A stretch of DNA of 64,000 bases from positions 66,768,500-66,832,499 of the forward strand of contig NC_068985.1 in NCBI RefSeq assembly GCF_001194135.2. The letters are read 5' to 3'. Origin of the DNA: Octopus bimaculoides (lineage: Eukaryota). The notes under the pieces are model-generated. The model was not told the origin of the DNA. It worked only from the letters and a program-made list of their open reading frames with translations, and searched no databases. Shown piece after piece: positions 63,715-64,000 of this stretch (the stretch's first letter is position 1; each line of letters opens with the position of its first letter). Both the position numbers and the translations under genes were made by a program.

Positions 63715-64000
63715 AACAGTAGAGGGAAGAATGAGAGGGGGAGATAGATATAGAGATAGAGAGAGTCGTGTTAGAAAAATAGTTCAAAACTTACTGTGTT
63801 AAGATAACGCGTGCGTTCCATCGTGTGATACAAACAATATATGAGTATATGCATATATATGTACATGTATGTACATATAGATACATATCTGGGTACATGA
63901 CATTGCAAAAGAACATGGACAAAATGATAAACAAGGTACAAAAGACAAGCAGGCCACATAGAGAACATATCCTTCATCAGCTGCCACCATTAAAACACCG

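Noticed and set aside
63960-64000. CTGATGA on the minus strand as another hammerhead
   Set aside because: No downstream GAAA or stem II partner within the window; cannot be folded from the available sequence.

Overview
AT-rich eukaryotic genomic DNA from a draft assembly with 11 N-gaps, most flanked by microsatellites. The SINE families and microsatellite density suggest a coleoid cephalopod, probably Octopus; this is inferred from remembered repeat consensi, not from a search. I recognise no intact host protein-coding gene, only two weak candidate exons. Nearly all listed ORFs are microsatellite or gap artefacts, or pieces of decayed mobile elements. The window is dominated by transposon remnants: Dong/R4-type RLE non-LTR retrotransposons, Penelope-like elements (PLEs), a CR1-group LINE, RTE LINE fragments, two Helitron remnants, mariner/Tc1 fragments, a foldback MITE, a 1,080-bp solo LTR with a perfect target-site duplication, and tRNA-derived SINEs. 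Two signals stand out. (1) Six type I hammerhead-ribozyme folds from three sequence families. One family has a fixed non-canonical CCGAUGA core, shows compensatory base changes in stem I, occurs as an inverted pair in a 142-bp palindrome, and abuts (TA)n tracts. (2) Dong/R4-type elements stacked head-to-tail and separated by (CATA)n microsatellites at two loci about 58 kb apart, which suggests microsatellite-targeted retrotransposition.
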